NCBI RefSeq assembly: GCF_009914755.1
Contig: NC_060937.1
Reading direction: 5' to 3' (one strand)
Length of the DNA: 64,000 nt
Source: the human T2T-CHM13v2.0 reference genome, Homo sapiens
Position numbers and translations under genes: made by a program. Shown piece by piece: positions 39,322-52,915 of the stretch. The notes beneath the pieces are model-generated. The model did no database searches, was not told the DNA's origin, and saw only the letters and a list, made by a program, of their open reading frames with translations. Within the stretch, counting starts at the first letter, position 1, and each line of letters starts with the position of its first letter.

Positions 39322-41000
39322 ATTGATTTTCGACAAAGATGCCAAGAACATACAATGGGGAAAGGACATTCTCTTCAATAAATGGCATTGGGAAAACTGG
39401 ATATCCACCTGTAGAAAAATGACATTAGATTCTTACCTTACACCATAAAACAAAACTAACTCAAAATAAGACTTAAATAGAAGATCTGAAAGTTTGAACT
39501 ACTAAAATAAGACATGAAAAATCTCCATGTCATTGATCTGGGCAATGAGTTTTTGGATATGACCCCAGAAACACAGGCAACAAAAGCAAACATGGACAAA
39601 TGGGGTTATATCAAACTAAAGAGCTTCTGCCCTGCAAAGGAAACAACAGAGTGAAGAAACATCTTAATGAATGGGAAAAAATATATGCAAGCCATACATG
39701 GGATAAGGGATTCATAGCCAAAATCTATAAGGTACTCAAACATTTCAATAACAAGAAAACAAATAACCTGATTAAAAAATGGGCCAAGGACTTGGATGTC
39801 AAAAGAACACATACAAAGGGCTAGCAGTTACATAAAAACATACTCAACATCACTAATCATCAGGTAAATGTAAATCAAAACCACAATGAAATATGACCTC
39901 ACACCTGTTAAAATGGCTATTGTTAAAAAAGACAAGGAATAACAAGTGTTGGAGAGGTTGTATAGAAAAGAGAATTCTCGCACACTGTTTGTAGGAATGT
40001 AAATTAGCACAGCCCATTATGAAAAACACTCTGGTGCTTCCTCAAAAAATTAAAGATAGAACAATCACATGACATAGCAATCCAACTAGTGAATATATAT
40101 GCAAAGGAAATGAAATTTGTATGTTGAAGAGATCTCTGGACTCCCATGTTCTTTGCAGCAGCATTCACAATAGCCAAGACAGAAAGTCGATATAAGTGTC
40201 CACCAAAGGATGAGTAAATAAAGCAAATGTGGTATATATACATAATGAAATACTATTCAGTCTTAACAAAGAAGAAAATCCTGTCATTTGTGACAACATG
40301 GATGAGCCTGGTGGACATTAAGCATAATAAGCCAGTCACTGAAAGACAAATACTGGATTATTTCACTCATAGTCTAAAATCATCAAATTTACAGAAGCAG
40401 AGAGTGGAATGGTGGCTACCAGGGAATAGGGACAGGGCTGGGGGAAGGATATTGAGGAGATGTTTATCACAGGATGCAAAATTTCAGATATACAGGAGGA
40501 ATAAATTCAAGAGCTATATCATATAACATGGCAATTATGGTCAATAACAATGTATTTTTGAAAATGACTCAAAGAGTAGGTTTTAAGTGCTCTAACCACA
40601 AAAGGTAATAAGTATATGAGGTAATGCATACGTTAATTTTCTCAATCTAGTCATTTCACAATCTATACATATTTCAAAATATTATGTTCTACATAGTAAA
40701 TATATACAATATTTATTTGTCAATAAGACTAATACTAAAAACACAAAAGTATCACTTTATTCAGACATATTTGCATATTTATTTTAATTCTATAACAAGA
40801 ATGCTGTAGTTGACAAAGCTGAAATTTTCAATCAAATAATTATTTCAATGATATATTGATTATGGGGCAAAATTTTGGAGTAATGGGGAGCTCTGAGAGG
40901 GAAAGATCCACCCCACTATGCAATCAGTGATTTCAGGACATCTCTTTAGGTTCTAGGAAAACATAGCATCCTAACTCACCTATACTATTTTTCTACATTG

Positions 41001-41153
41001 TTTCTTTCCATATTTATTTAGAGACAGGGTCTTGCTCTGTTCAGCCCAGGATGAAGTACAACACTGCGTCTTGGAACTCCTGGGTTCATCTGATTCTCCT
41101 GCCTTGGCCTCCTAATGCACTGGGATTACAGGCATGAGCTACCTCGCCTGGCC
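41001..41153 (-). mobile_element. Alu monomer (FLAM/FAM-like)
   Basis: gagacagggtcttgctctgt...ctcctgccttggcctcc...gggattacaggcatgagc...ctggcc; TSD ctacattg (40993-41000/41155-41162). Confidence 0.88.
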
Positions 41154-42220
41154 CCTACATTGACATTATATTTTTAAAGAAATTGTCTACATGGGGTTTT
41201 TCCAGACAGAGTGACCTAGATAGTGTTTTGTAATATGAGAGAAAGAAAAGCAAAAAGCAAACAAGAAATCTATAAATGTTTTAAATGAGAACATTTAAAT
41301 GTGATCTTAAATCTTATTAAATCTTTTTAAATCTGTGGAAAGAAAGTAGACTTTATGTAAGAGAAAGAAAATATCACATAAATTGATGGGAATTAGAAAG
41401 AAGAAAGTTTTAGTTTGGTATATGAATCACCAATAAATGTGGATAAACAAAATATTTAGTTCTCTGTCAACAAAGTTTCATCCAGAAGCAAGAGGAATTC
41501 CTGGGTTATGATGGATATTGGAATAGATTATTTCATACATGTATGCACTTATTAATTTGGATTTTTTTCTTTCAAATAGCATCTGAGTTTAATATGTTAT
41601 TTCTCTTCTGCTCTGCAGATTCTGTAATTCTTCTAAATATTTTGCATATAGAAAATAAAGAAATAGCCTCAAAATTGACATCATACTAAAAGCAAACGAA
41701 GTAATGAAGTGATTATCTCTAGCATTTGTTCTAAGTTACAGTTTATATTTTAAAGGAAGTTCCTTGAATAAGAGCTCTTATTTTCCTATTTCTTGAGTAG
41801 TTTTTAAAATTCTAAGAAAAATTTTAAGGAAACAGTAGGATTAACAGTATAAGAATAATGTTAATCAGTTATTAAATATAGCCTGGGATGTCAAAATACT
41901 ACACAAATTCAATATCTCAAAGATTATAACCTAAAAGATGATCAAGTAAAGCAACGAGAAATGTAATTCCCAAGTTGGTAGATGGAAATCTTTATTACTA
42001 TCATTATTATTTGTTAGAATACTTGGTGTCTATAAAGCAGTTTTCAATCTTTCACTGATTTTTCACTCATAACTTCATTTAAGTAGGTTATTATCATTAT
42101 TTTGCTAATGATATAACCAACACAGAGAGTTAATAATTTATTATATCCCACAGCCAATGAGCCATAGAAGACAGATTTAGATACTTATTTTATTTCCCTC
42201 TGATTTTTAAAACTTCACCT

Positions 42221-42532
<312 letters not shown>

Positions 42533-42994
42533 TTCACCTTATTCTAGTTGGTTAGATTGCTGAGCATAACCACATAGGAAGAAGAATTACTATGTAACAT
42601 GAAGAAATTTATTTTAACTAAGAATGAGTCCACAAAGGAAAATATATAATTAGTCATGTATAATTCCTGGAGTACATAGAAATATTGGCATCAGCATTGC
42701 ACATGAAATTATTTGGGAAGTCACAATTTATTTTTTGAAAAGTTCAAGGAAACAGTATTCAACTTCCCATTCTTACAGTCAGATTTTTTTTTATCAATTT
42801 GAAAAGATAATGTTTGTATATATCATGATCAAGTATATCCTCAATTTTGGATTAAACCTAGATATAAAATGCAAAACCTGGAGAGATATTCAGTTATTAG
42901 TAAGTTACAATGAGCTATAGGGAGTTTTAGTCAATCTGTTGATTCTGGATGAGGGATGAGTTGTTTTTTTTTTTTTTTTTTTTTTTTGATGGAA

Positions 42995-43190
42995 GCCTAG
43001 CTATGTGACTTTAGGCAAGTTCTTAAGCCCTCTTTACCTTGGATTTATCTATAAAATAGAGAGTGATAGCTGCTCACAACAGCATGTTTTTGTTGTGAGA
43101 ATTAGAAGAAAAAATTCATTTAAAGTACTATGCAGAGTAGCAAACCTATAGTTATTCCTTAGTAATTATAAGGCATTAGTCATTATTTTT
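42995..43190 (+). mobile_element. MIR fragment preceded by a T24 tract (42964-42987)
   Basis: ctagctatgtgactttaggcaagttcttaa...tatctataaaatagag...gttgtgagaattaga. Confidence 0.75.
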
Positions 43191-43281
43191 GTGTCAGTTC
43201 TCAAAATAGAACTTCTTAAAAGATATATTTTAATTGAAACTACCTAGCCTTTCAGTATAAATAAAGTGCATTATAACTGTG

Positions 43282-43878
43282 TATGGGAGGCAAAATTTCT
43301 GAAATGGTTCTCCAAAGTTGAACAGCCATTACCCACAAAATCTGTAAATATGATGAATTGTCACTCCTGTGTTTGTTATGTCATGTAGTTCAGTTGACTT
43401 TAAGATAAGAAGATTATCCTGGGTTTTCTAGGTGGGCCAGTTTTCATCACAAGAACCCTCAAAAGCAGAAAGGTTTTTCTGGCTGATATCAGAGGTCAGA
43501 AATATTTGAAGTATGAGAAGAATATAATGCATTCTTCCCACTCTGAATGTAGAATAGCCATGTATGAAGGAGGATGGGTGGTCTCTACGGGGAGATTGCA
43601 AACTCCTGCTGACAGCCAGCAAGGAAACAGTCCTACAACTACAAGGAAACTAATTCTGACAACAACTTAAATGAACTCAGAAGTGGCACCTTCCCAGAGC
43701 TTCCAGATAAGAGTCTTTCCCAGTCAACACATCGATTTTAACCTTGTAAGACCTGGAACAGATTACCCAGTTGACCCTACCCAGACTTCTGCCTCAAAGA
43801 AACGGAGTGATGATAAATGTGATGCTTTAAATTGCCAAATCTGTGGAATAGGTTACACAACAGTAGGAAACTAATAAA
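43282..43878 (+). mobile_element. MLT1E-like MaLR solo LTR
   Basis: gttgactttaagataagaagattatcctggg, gctgacagccagcaaggaaac, cagtcctacaac, end cagtaggaaactaata. Confidence 0.85.
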
Positions 43879-44581
43879 CACACTATGTTTATTTTCTTAA
43901 TAGATAGTTATTTGGAACCCAAATACCTTAAAAATCAAATAGATTTAATATAAACATTTGATTTACTAGTTGGATGTGAATAATGTTCATCTCAGTTTGA
44001 TAATATTGAATTTTTAAGTGTGAAGGGACTTTAAAGAACAGAGTCTGGAATGAAGAAAATGTGGCCACAAAGCATAAAGAATTTGCCTTGGTTTTGTGAT
44101 TTCCATTCTGTGGGATTTCTAACCATAGGCTACTGAAGGGTCATTATATGTCCATCCCATATAACTAGGTGCTATAATAATTATATTTCTGGCACATTCT
44201 GAAACTATCTATCTATCTATCTATATTCTTTCTACTATTAATATACAGTCTACCTAGTGAGTTAATTGTATATGTTTATTATTCCTATTCTTCCTCGAAT
44301 TCTGCTGAATGTGCACAGGGAAGAATAATCTCAGAGGTACACACTGAAGCCCTGCCTTATGCTATGTATGAACTTGTCATTCAGGGGCATAATTAGAATT
44401 CCATATCTCCCAACTCCAAACCCTTGTATCTTCTGCACTATACTATCATGCCTCTTTTGTCTACACTCTATATTATAGAACAAGATTGGTATTTGCTTTA
44501 TTATCTTTGCACTTTATTTAATAAAGCACCATTATTGATTAAGAATATCTTATCAATCCTTTTGGAGCTGCTGCTGATTAA

Positions 44582-45329
44582 TATCAAAGCAAAACTTGCA
44601 CCCAACAACTCTAAACAGGCAAGAAAGACTTTATTTAATACTTCTGTTGCAAGAAGAGAAAGACTGAACTCAACTCTGTTGAAACAAACATGACTACAGA
44701 GTTTTAAATACTGGGATAAGGCAGGAGTTATAGGCCATCTGTGTTTGCTTATTGGCTATATCTAAGAGAAAAACAAACTTTTCTCATCTTTATAGCAGCA
44801 AGTAGTTTTTTTTTTTTATACTTTAAATTCTAGGGTACATGTGCACAACGTGCAGGATTGTTACATATGTATACATGCGCCATGTTGGTGTGCTGCACCC
44901 ATTAACTCGTCATTTACATTAGGTATATCTCCTAATGCTATATCCCTCCCCTCTCCCACCGCTGAATGACAGGCCCCGGTGTGTGACTTTCCCGTTCAGC
45001 AGGAAGTAGTTTTTTAACTGGCATCAGGGCATGCCAGAAGTTAGGCTCCTACCTTCCTACAGAGAGTGGGCAATAGGGGCACTATCTTTCCTGATGATTG
45101 CACTTTAAATAGATGACTCCCTGGTTCTTGAGAAAGACATTCCTGGGTTGAAAAATTGGCAAGAGGCTTTCAAAAATATTTACATTTTAAAATGACAGGA
45201 AAATAATTTACAAGTTTTCTAAAGTAAATTCTCTAAAAAAAAAAAAAAAAAATTAAGTGGCTTCGAGTCAGGAAGAATCCTGCCTAAAGTTAATTCAAGC
45301 TGAGGGCAGAGTTAGGGTCATAGTGGTCA
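44582..45329 (-). mobile_element. MER31/MER67-family ERV1 solo LTR, split by an L1PA
   Basis: gaagttaggctcctacc, cttgagaaagacattcctgggttg, aaactggcaagaggc-like block, caagctgagggc...ggtca terminus. Confidence 0.8.
44806..44997 (-). mobile_element. 5'-truncated L1PA5-like 3' end
   Basis: tctagggtacatgtgcacaacgtgcagg...cccattaactcgtcatttacattaggtatatctcctaatgc; TSD agcag(c/g)aagtagttttt at 44794-44810 and 44998-45014. Confidence 0.93.
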
Positions 45330-46019
45330 TCACTAACACTTTCCACTGACTCTGACTTCTTAAAATACTTAATATATCAAAAAGTATGTATGAAAATACA
45401 CAAGTAAGGCAGTTTTTCATGGACCAAATCAGACAGACAAAATAGGTGAACAATAAGACAAAATAATGCGATACCATATTAATTTTAAAAACTTCTCATT
45501 TGGAGTCAGTCAACATTTCTGCAAATGCTTTTTTTGCATGAGAATTAAGATAAAACAAAAACAAAAGTTTTTTCTTATAAATAATTTCTTTCTGGGATAG
45601 TCAATTTTTTTTTGTCTGTTAAATATTTAAAATTAGACCTGGTATAGTTTTCTTTTGATTCCCCAAGACTGCAGAAAGGAAATGCCAGACTCACCGAGCT
45701 TCACGCCTACAATTATCAATTACGTGTTTTGAATGTTAGTTTCACATGCTTTAAAGACTGACATTTTAACTGACTTATGTTATCCGGGGTTTAATTAAAC
45801 ATAGGCACCTTAAAACCTAGAAAGCCATAATGAACCGAAAGAGGGGAGAGGATATAATCAAACACAACAGCAAGAGACTTACTTCAGAGGTACTTATCTC
45901 CAGAGAGACTGAGGAGAGATTTGAAAAATTGTCTTGCCTCAATCCAAATTACTCCATCTACTTTACAAGAACGTGACCACACTCTTTTATTTTGAGTCAC
46001 GAGATGAAAGGGCAAACAG

Positions 46020-46275
46020 ATTTGGTTTGGAGGTCCAGTATTTTCTTTTATAAGCTAATGTTATGTCACTAGACTTATTTAGGTTCTTTGGAATCTAAAA
46101 TAGTCGCTAGATTCTTTTTAGGTTCTTTGTAAAGTAGGAGTAATAATAATTACATCATATGTTTGTCTTAAGGATTGAATGAGATAATGTTTTCAATTAC
46201 TTAGAATTGATGTTACTTAGAATACTTAGAATAATGCCAGCATACATTGTATTTATTAATAACAGTTATCATTAT
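46020..46275 (+). mobile_element. MIR with local duplications
   Basis: tgtaaagtaggagtaataata...aaggattgaatgagataatg; tttaggttctttg twice and tacttagaat three times. Confidence 0.7.
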
Positions 46276-47229
46276 TTGAAAATTTTAAGAGTGTGGTTCT
46301 TAATGAGCAATCATAGGCTTTTACTGTTAATAACTTCCCCTCTTAACAGCTTCCCCTGCTGGTATCTTCCTCCCCCTATATCCTCCCAGCCTCCAGAGCA
46401 CCTCAAGGACAATGATGCCCACTATTGCACAAGACTGTGTATAATATACCAACACTTGTTTCTGCAATTTTAAAAAAATCTACCTACCAGTTATAGTTAC
46501 TGGTTCTATTTCTTGCTCTAGCTCTACAGAAAGCAGATAGAACATAGGTTAACTTAAAATAAATTTGCATTGTTTGGCAAATATGCTTATAAACATAAAT
46601 TTTACTTCTCAGGATTTTGACTTATTACCCAAATTAACAAAATTTAAAAGAAAACAAAACCCTATAGTGAACGTTGCTTGTCACCTCACTGTTTCAGGAC
46701 AGTGCTGTTCAGCCACAGAGTGTCACCCTGGATTCACTAAGGTGGTTGATGAGTCCTGCAACCGTGATCGGATGCGGATGTGTCAGGTTCTCAGGCACCA
46801 GGGATTTTATTTTAGAGCTATGACACAAAGTGATGAATGTCAGAATGTTATAAAGGCAGCATCATTTTTCCATCCAGCTTAAGGGGAGAGATGCTTTCAG
46901 AATCCCAGCAGCACCAATTCTGTCAGTATTTAGCCACCATCGATTGACTTTTGACTTGGGCAGTGGAAATAACAGTCACCTAAAACTTGTGTTTCTAGGA
47001 TTTGCTGAAAGACCACAGTAGAATAAGGTAATGCTCAGACTGCATCATCATTTGCTTTGTATGTGGAGAAAACCGCAAGATTTGTTTATTCCACTCTATT
47101 TACACTCATTAAAACAAAGATACTTGAGAAACTTCAAAAATGAAGTGACTCCTACAGAATCAGAGGTCTAACCCCTAGTGACTTTGTCTTTTTCACTTAA
47201 TTTCATCACAGTCTTTTCTTATTAAAATA

Positions 47230-47655
47230 ACTTTGCTAATATTTTCTTAAAAGCATAGAACATAGTTTACTCAAGGTGATCTTATGAAGTTATTCTTTAT
47301 ACACACAGTCATCCCCCAATTCTTTGTGATTGCATTTCTTCAAGTTCTTCACCCACTTAACTGCATCCTCTGGCCCTGCCTTCCTCTCCCTTTTCTCTCA
47401 AACCAGCCATCTCTTGGCCATCTCTAGTTATGTCACACTGGCTTCCTTTACTTTTATCAGTGTGCCTTTCACCCTATTAGGTATGTTTATGCACTCAATA
47501 GATTTCCTTAACAGCACTTATAACAAATGTGATGATTTCATTAATTTTTGTCTTTTCTAGTAAAGCTTAATTTCTGAGAGCTAGGACTTCATCTGATATT
47601 TTAATCCATTGTATCTTCAATGCCTATTGCAGAGTGATATGTGTGAATAAATGTA
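47230..47655 (+). mobile_element. L2 3' fragment
   Basis: CT-rich, cacactggcttcc, cctattgcagag...gaataaatg end. Confidence 0.6.
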
Positions 47656-47799
47656 TCTATTTCCATCTTCTATAGTTTCAACAGGAAGAATAATCACTAT
47701 GTTATCTTACTTTATAAACTGAATAGTGTATTCATAGCTCACAGTTACTGAGAACTTACTGCTCGCCAATCCTGTGTTGTTACGTGCTTAACCTGCTCT

Positions 47800-48055
47800 T
47801 TGTAGCATGGTAGTTAAGAAATTAAGCTCTGTAGTCTGAATTTCAGACCTATTTTTTTTACCACTGCTTCGCATACATCCTTGGGCAAATAACTGCCCCA
47901 CCAAGTGCTTGAGTTTTCTTATATGAAATATGAACTAATATTAACTAAATAAGATAATTGTAAAATTGAAATAAGTTAATATACAAATAATTTATAATAA
48001 TAGTGACATATAACAGGCACTCAACAAATGTTAGTTTTAAAAATTTTTATTATTA
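47800..48055 (+). mobile_element. Near full-length MIR
   Basis: tgtagcatggtagttaaga...ccttgggcaaataact...gcactcaacaaatgttag. Confidence 0.8.
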
Positions 48056-48301
48056 TCGTTAATCAACCTAACATGTAATAGACACCTCACTAGATCCTGG
48101 ATATGTAAGAACAGTAATGCATAGTCTGTGACTTAGTATTTTTATAATATAGTAAAATATACATATATTTAATATATTATGGCTGGAATAAAAATATATG
48201 TGAAGTACTATGAAGAACAAAGAAAGTAGAAATGAAAGATCTGTTTTTTCATGAGGATGTCTCATATTTTGTTATACTTCATATTGCCCCTTTTAAGGTA
48301 A

Positions 48302-48925
48302 CTTTTTAATTGAAATCTGAAACACATATAAATTGTGGTCAAATAATAAGGCAGCTGAGGAAAGTTTCACATAGGGAAATCTTTGATGTCACTACCATTC
48401 ATATACTGAAACAGGACACAATCAATGCTCCAGAAGCTTCCTCATAGGTAACCATTAATGTGATTTCTATTCCTTATGTTAGATTTTACTCTTTTTTAAC
48501 TCATGATAATGAAATTGAACAATACAGATTTGTTTTTCCCAGTTTCTGTCATTAAAAATTGTGTTTCTGAGAGAAATTAATATTATTTCTTATGGCATCT
48601 GTTTGTTCTTTCTCATTGCTGAAAAATGTTGCATCTTATGTCTATTCTGTTATCCATTCTATTATTGATGGACATTTGAGTAGTTTCTGGTTTGTCTATT
48701 ATGAATTATGATGCTATGAACATTCTTGTATGTGTCTTTAGGGCTAAAAATGTATGTATATTTGTGCAGAATCATGGATACATTCAGATTTAATAGGCAC
48801 TACCGAATACTTTCAAAGTAGTTGTACCAATTTACACGCTTAGCAGCATTGCATGAAAGTTCTACAAGTTCCTGTTCTTACTAGCACTTACTATATTTCA
48901 TATCACTTTCAAATTTCTCCATTTA
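48302..48925 (-). mobile_element. L1ME/MD-type 3' end
   Basis: tatccattctattattgatggacatttgagtagtttc...gctatgaacattcttgta...ttcaaagtagttgtaccaatttacac. Confidence 0.8.
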
Positions 48926-51374
48926 TACAATATTTAACAAGCTTTGTTTCACGAAATATTTTATCTTACCTTAAAAAAGACTTATTGATTGTGTTCTGCT
49001 TTTCGTTGTTTATATCATAGTTGTTGGTTTCTCAAGACATGATTCAAGTTTTAAATAAGGCCTATCATGACCTGTGATGTTGGTGATAGTTTTAGAATAC
49101 CTTCTGAAATCAACCCCTTCGTATCTAAGCATATTTATCAGTTACATTATTCAGATTTTTAAAAATTATAATCTCAAATAATTTGAAGCATGGAAAGAAG
49201 TATTATTTCTAAGCCTCCAGAGGTGAGTCAGAGGAACCTGAAGTTGAAATGACAAGCACATTGGTGAATGATAAAAAACAGCTGCTGGGCCTCTTTATAT
49301 GCAAGTCATTCACTGAGATATCAAAATGTGGAAAATAGAAGGCGCCTACCAACATTTCTTGTTGAATCAATGCCCAGGTGAGTTCTCCTGAAATATTGCA
49401 GTTGTATCTTAGCAAAAACAAGAAGCAGTAAAGCATCATACTTATTAGGATCCAATTTGCCACAGCAGCAGTCAAGTGCTTCAATTTTTCCCAGAGGTGA
49501 TGGGAAGGGAAAAATAGGGATAGGAAAATTTAAATTAAATTCATGGTGCAGTGCACAGTTGAAATTCAGTATTGACAGTTCTAATTACACCTACCTTATA
49601 TCACAAGTTCATTAAGTGAAAGTAAAGGATTAAAAACTACTTTACATATTTATTTTTAAAATGCCATTGTTTTCCTCCTAAGGTCTCATCTCTCTTCCTT
49701 TCGTTTAATGCAGTCATGATGGAGATGTTTAGGGTTTTGGAAAGAGAGGATTGATTATTTCTTTAACACATGCACAAACACACAGATATGCAAGCACACA
49801 ATTAGGAAGTCATGTTACATTAGATATACTATTTGAAATGTAATCAGCATCAAATGTCAAATTCAAATATTTACCAATGTCTATTTGAATTGCCATGAAT
49901 TATCTAGTAAAGCAACAACCCGTTAGCCTTGTAGGACCTAAGAATGTCTAAATAATAATTGTCGACAAATGATTAATTATACAAAATTATATTTTGTCAT
50001 CTTACTTTGCAAACTCAAGAACAATATCTTAAAAGATGAGTTATTTCCTCACCCATGAACATAAGTCTATGACTACTTCTACCTACAACTCTCTAGGCTA
50101 GAAATTAGCATGTATCTTATGTTAATATTTACTTGTTATACCAAAAGTTTATAAGATTTCTGCCCAGTATCCTGTTGTGCTAATCTTAAAGCAGAAAGAT
50201 TATTACTTCTGAGTGTGACTACAGTTGTGATTTCTGAGATATGAAAACAATGAATTAGCAGATATAGGCACTTTTAGAGCAACAGAAAGAACAAATGATT
50301 TGTTTTCTCCTTACTATTTACCGCATATCTTCTGTCAGGCATGAAATAACAAATGGATGTGTGAAATTGCACAGTGATTCGACAAAAGTTAAGAAAAATA
50401 TTCAAAATTTAATTAACATAGAAATTGTCAAGTTCTGTGGTTTCATTCTTACAGAAGAAAGAATTTTATATGACAAATATATTTTTTTAATGTGATGGAC
50501 CCAGTGAAACAATTCAGCATGTAAGTCACTTAGGGAAATTTTAACTCCTTTGGATAACTTTACTAAATGACTATGTGAAGTACTTTATAGCTCCTTCAGT
50601 TCTCTCAAAGGATGAATTCACTGCCCACAATATTTAACTGAAAGCCTAGGGAATAACTTAGCATTACAGGAAATTGACCATTACTATATGTACTAGAATG
50701 GTTGCCCAAATTTAAATGTCTGCAATGTTTTTCTCTAAACTGAGACATGGTTGAATAGTAGAAGGATGTTTGTAAATGTGTATGTGTGTGCGTGTGTGCA
50801 CACGTGTTTATGTGGAGTAAATGGAAAAAAAAACAATTAGACTTTTGAAAGTTTTTTTCGCTTATGTCAAGGACATCAGGACACAGAAAATTTTCACAAG
50901 TTTCTGAAATCTAACAATCTTCTACAAGAGCTTCTACAATGACTTGGTATTCAATAGGGATCATTATTTCTGATGGCTGAGGGAAGAATTTGTAAGGTGA
51001 CATTTGTTCGTAATAGCCGTGGTAGCGTTTTGGTGGATAAATAATCTAGTTTAACTCTGAAACTGAATCCACCCATATGGCAGCATAGTGTCGTGGAGAA
51101 ATCCTTTTCCAGATGTTGGAAAACCTGGGTTTCAGTGTGCTCCATTAAACCAACCAGGTTTGTGGCCTTTGATCCTATGCTTCTGCAACGTGGTATAAGT
51201 TGAAGATTTTATATTAGACTGTTTATAAAACATCTCCTAACTCTAGGATCCTTGGAATGTACTTGATAAGTATTGAGGACTTCTAGTAGACTTTGGACCC
51301 TCATGGAATGCTGTATGGAGCACATGGAGGAAGTAGAATCAACAGTCTTTGCTCTCAAGGATCTTAAAAGTCAA

Positions 51375-51800
51375 TTTACTACTTCAAAAAGTATTTATTA
51401 CCATTTATCCCTCGACAGACACAGTGCTGCCTTGTAGGCTTGCAGCAGTGAATACTCAATCCAGATTCTGCCCCCACAGATCTTCTCAGGAAGACAGATG
51501 ATTAAATTCAACTTATGACCAATTTTGATTAGTATTATAATAGGAGAAATACACAGAGCTTAGGGTATACATATTGCAAAAGACCTAAGAAATGTAAAAG
51601 GTCAGAGAATACCTTCTGGAAGATCTAATCTTTCAAATGAGACCTAAAGATTGAATAGTAGTTAACCAGAAAAATAGGAGGAAAAGACTGTTTCAGACAG
51701 AAGGAAATCATGTAAACAAATATTATTAAATGGTGGGAGAGTATTGTTCATTTGAGGAAATAAGATTAGTAGAATGGTGCACAGAGTCTGAGATGAAAAG
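51375..51800 (-). mobile_element. L2 3' end
   Basis: ttcaaaaagtatttatt...gacacagtgct...gtcagagaataccttctggaag...aaatgagacctaaagattga. Confidence 0.75.
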
Positions 51801-52779
51801 AGGCAATTAATGCTTCTGAAACAACAGTGAGAAATCTAAGCTGGCACATGGTAGGTACTAGTTTGGTCAGTACAACTCCAAATATCAAGGATGAGTTGAG
51901 TGTACTTGCTTTCAAAAGCAAGCATGGTATACTCAATGGAGGACACACCTCTTTTGGAGAGCCTGGCAAAGATGAGTTAAAAAGAAAGAAAATAAGGAAG
52001 TATTTTAGATGAGAAATATTAAGCAAAACACAGAAGGGCAAAAATAATTTTTTTTCAACATTTTCTGTATTATAATCAAAGAAAAATTTGCCTGACCTTC
52101 TAATAGCAATTTATAAGAAATTAGGTGTTAAACTGTCAGTCATAGTTTTACCTTTTTAAGAAAATAAGATATTTGTAAATGTTTACGGGAATAAGTTTGA
52201 ATGAGCAAACAATGCATTTTCCCTTAATTCTCTCACAATTTTGCCACTATCTTCCTGGTTTGCACTAAAGATTACCACATCACTTACAATTTCCTTTTGT
52301 CTTCATAGCAGATATCATTTATTATTCAACATAACATTTCAACAGGTGCAAAAGTACTCCAGAGTAGTATCATCAATTGTAATTGAGAATGGTGGGTATT
52401 GGAAGAAATGTTTTCACTCATCTTTGAAGCATCCACATATTGTTTCTTCAGTTGCTTCTGTGTTATTGATCAGACACAAGAAACATCTTCCTTCTGTAGA
52501 GCATGATAAAACATGTAAACTTTGGGTCACAGTATTGACTTAGGTTACAATTGCTTAGAATTAAAAAATAACATATTACCAACGTATTCATGGAAATAAT
52601 AAAAAATATTCCAAGTTCAAGATTAAATTTCTTACATATTGCCTTCATTTATAGTGTTAAAGTGTTGTTCATTGGGACACTGTATTGTTTGATTGATGTA
52701 AAAGTAGAGAAGTGTTGTTCAGCCTCTTCTACGTGCAAAGTTTTAACACTTATATTAACTGGACTACCTCTATGGCTAG

Positions 52780-52915
52780 CACCATTATCATCACTTTATA
52801 GATGAAGAAGCCCACATTTAAAGACATGTAGAAAATGAGTCCCTGGTGCTCATATATGGTCAAGTTTGACTCTTAAACTATAATTTCTGACTCCAAACCT
52901 CAGGCTCTTTCTGTT
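52780..52915 (-). mobile_element. MIR fragment
   Basis: attatcatcactttatagatgaagaagc...tctgactccaaacctcaggctcttt. Confidence 0.6.

Larger units (their letters stand above)
38345..40745 (+). mobile_element. L1MA7-like 3' fragment, interrupted at 38443-39322
   Basis: ORF2 3' sequence atagagaacccagaa...gtcagttgatttt resumes as ttgattttcgacaaagatgccaag; L1MA 3'UTR at 40380-40725. Confidence 0.9.
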
